The notes below the pieces were generated by a model that saw only the letters and a program-made list of their open reading frames with translations, had not been told where the DNA came from and did no database searches. Positions 62,719 through 64,000 of a stretch of DNA of 64,000 nucleotides are shown here, piece after piece. The stretch lies in the NCBI GenBank assembly GCA_951406725.2, contig OX597816.1, positions 146,754,001 through 146,818,000 on the forward strand, in the 5' to 3' direction. The position numbers and the translations under genes are program-made. Origin of the DNA: Octopus vulgaris (Eukaryota). How positions within the stretch are numbered: position 1 is the first letter of the stretch; each line of letters opens with the position of its first letter.

Positions 62719-63461
62719 ATGTGTTTAGCCAATTCATTGGCAGGCATATAGTATTTTAAAATTTGCATCATAATTCATGTAATTTATATCGAATCGAATG
62801 TTGCTTTGGAATGGCGTCACTTACGGTTCGTAATTAAAATGAAATTGCGCAGCCGCTTGTGAGACTGCTGCCCATTGGAATAATTTAATTTAGACACATC
62901 TATAAATAATTTTCGCTGGAAAATATTGTAATTGGTTATACAAAATTCTTATGTGACGGTGAATATAAAAGCATCATATTCATTATCAGATGTTTCCGCA
63001 TTACTAGAAACACATGCGCGCACACACATACGCATAAATACACACACACACACACTCACACATACACACACGCACGCACACACAAAATCATACATGCATA
63101 CAGGCATTATACAAGCTTGCGTGCACAGAGTGGAACCAAGTAAAAAAGAACTGTAAAATCTTGAAATTAACATTTTAAACACGTATGAACTACTGAGAGG
63201 CTACACGCCAAGACACACGTGTATGCATGTGTGTGTTTGTTTAGTTGTGCATTCTCATTTATCTCTGTATATGTTATGAATACATAACTAAATATGTGCG
63301 TCTCTGTGGCTGTCTACGGACAGATATATGCGTTTATTCACATACACGTACCTAAGTAGTTACTAATCTCATAATATTCCTATTAGTCTTATGTTTCTCT
63401 CTAGAGGTTGGTATATCTGTTGATGTAAGATACTGGAGCAAGAGGTTTTTATGGTCGTATT

Positions 63462-63693
63462 TATCTATTTCTTTACTACCTACAAGGGACTAAACACAGA
63501 GAGGACAAACACGGATGGACAAACGGATTAAGTCGATTATATCGACCCCAATGCGTAGCTGGTATTTATTTAATCAACCCCAAAAGGATGAAAGGCAAAG
63601 TCGACCTCGGCGGAATTTGAACTCACAACGTAACGACAGACGAAGTACTGCTAAGCATTTCGCCCGGAGTACTAATGTTTCTGCCACCGGCGC
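63462..63693 (-). mobile_element. SINE family C, full length
   Basis: Closely matches 14468-14703. Confidence 0.85.
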
Positions 63694-64000
63694 TTAGAAG
63701 ACGTTTACAATGCTTATGTTACCTCTGAAGTTAATTCTGAAATTAAAACTTAAAGCTTTCTATTAAAGCTTTTTGCACTTTGCCTTCATAGCAGTTGTTC
63801 ATATTGAGGGTGATGAACCAGGTCATGACCTCAACAGCCACCCTTGTTCAACCACAGTCCTTTTGATATACCTCTGTTCAGTTTCAGTCACTCCTATTCT
63901 ACTCGCTTTGGTGAACATGAGATTAGCGTAAAACGACTTACAAAAGGTTTCGCACCGTGCCTCACTCCGAAACGAATTCCTTTACATTTTGTCTATACCG

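Overview
This window is AT-rich eukaryotic DNA saturated with microsatellites. The SINE and mariner families look like cephalopod (octopus-type) repeats; that assignment is an inference. I could not support any host protein-coding exon, and nearly all listed ORFs are translated (TA)n/(CA)n/(TACA)n/(GAA)n repeats. The window is a transposon graveyard. It holds R4/Dong-clade RLE LINE fragments, CR1-group and RTE LINE fragments, at least three tRNA-derived SINE families, mariner relics and MITEs, non-autonomous Helitrons, and a ~555-bp element that sits in (TAA)n tracts. The most striking unexplained layer is a set of short Penelope-like (PLE) derivatives lodged in (TA)n tracts. They carry minimal type-I hammerhead ribozyme motifs (C[U/C]GANGA...GAAA...NUH, with a palindromic or near-palindromic, dimer-type helix III). 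Several are fold-back palindromes that place a hammerhead on each strand (55668-55836, 62478-62655). One hammerhead-bearing unit (24311-24472) can be linked by sequence, inside this window, to a GIY-YIG-coding PLE fragment that also carries a tRNA-like Pol III cassette (32966-33375). Coordinates were read by eye, and degenerate element ends are approximate.
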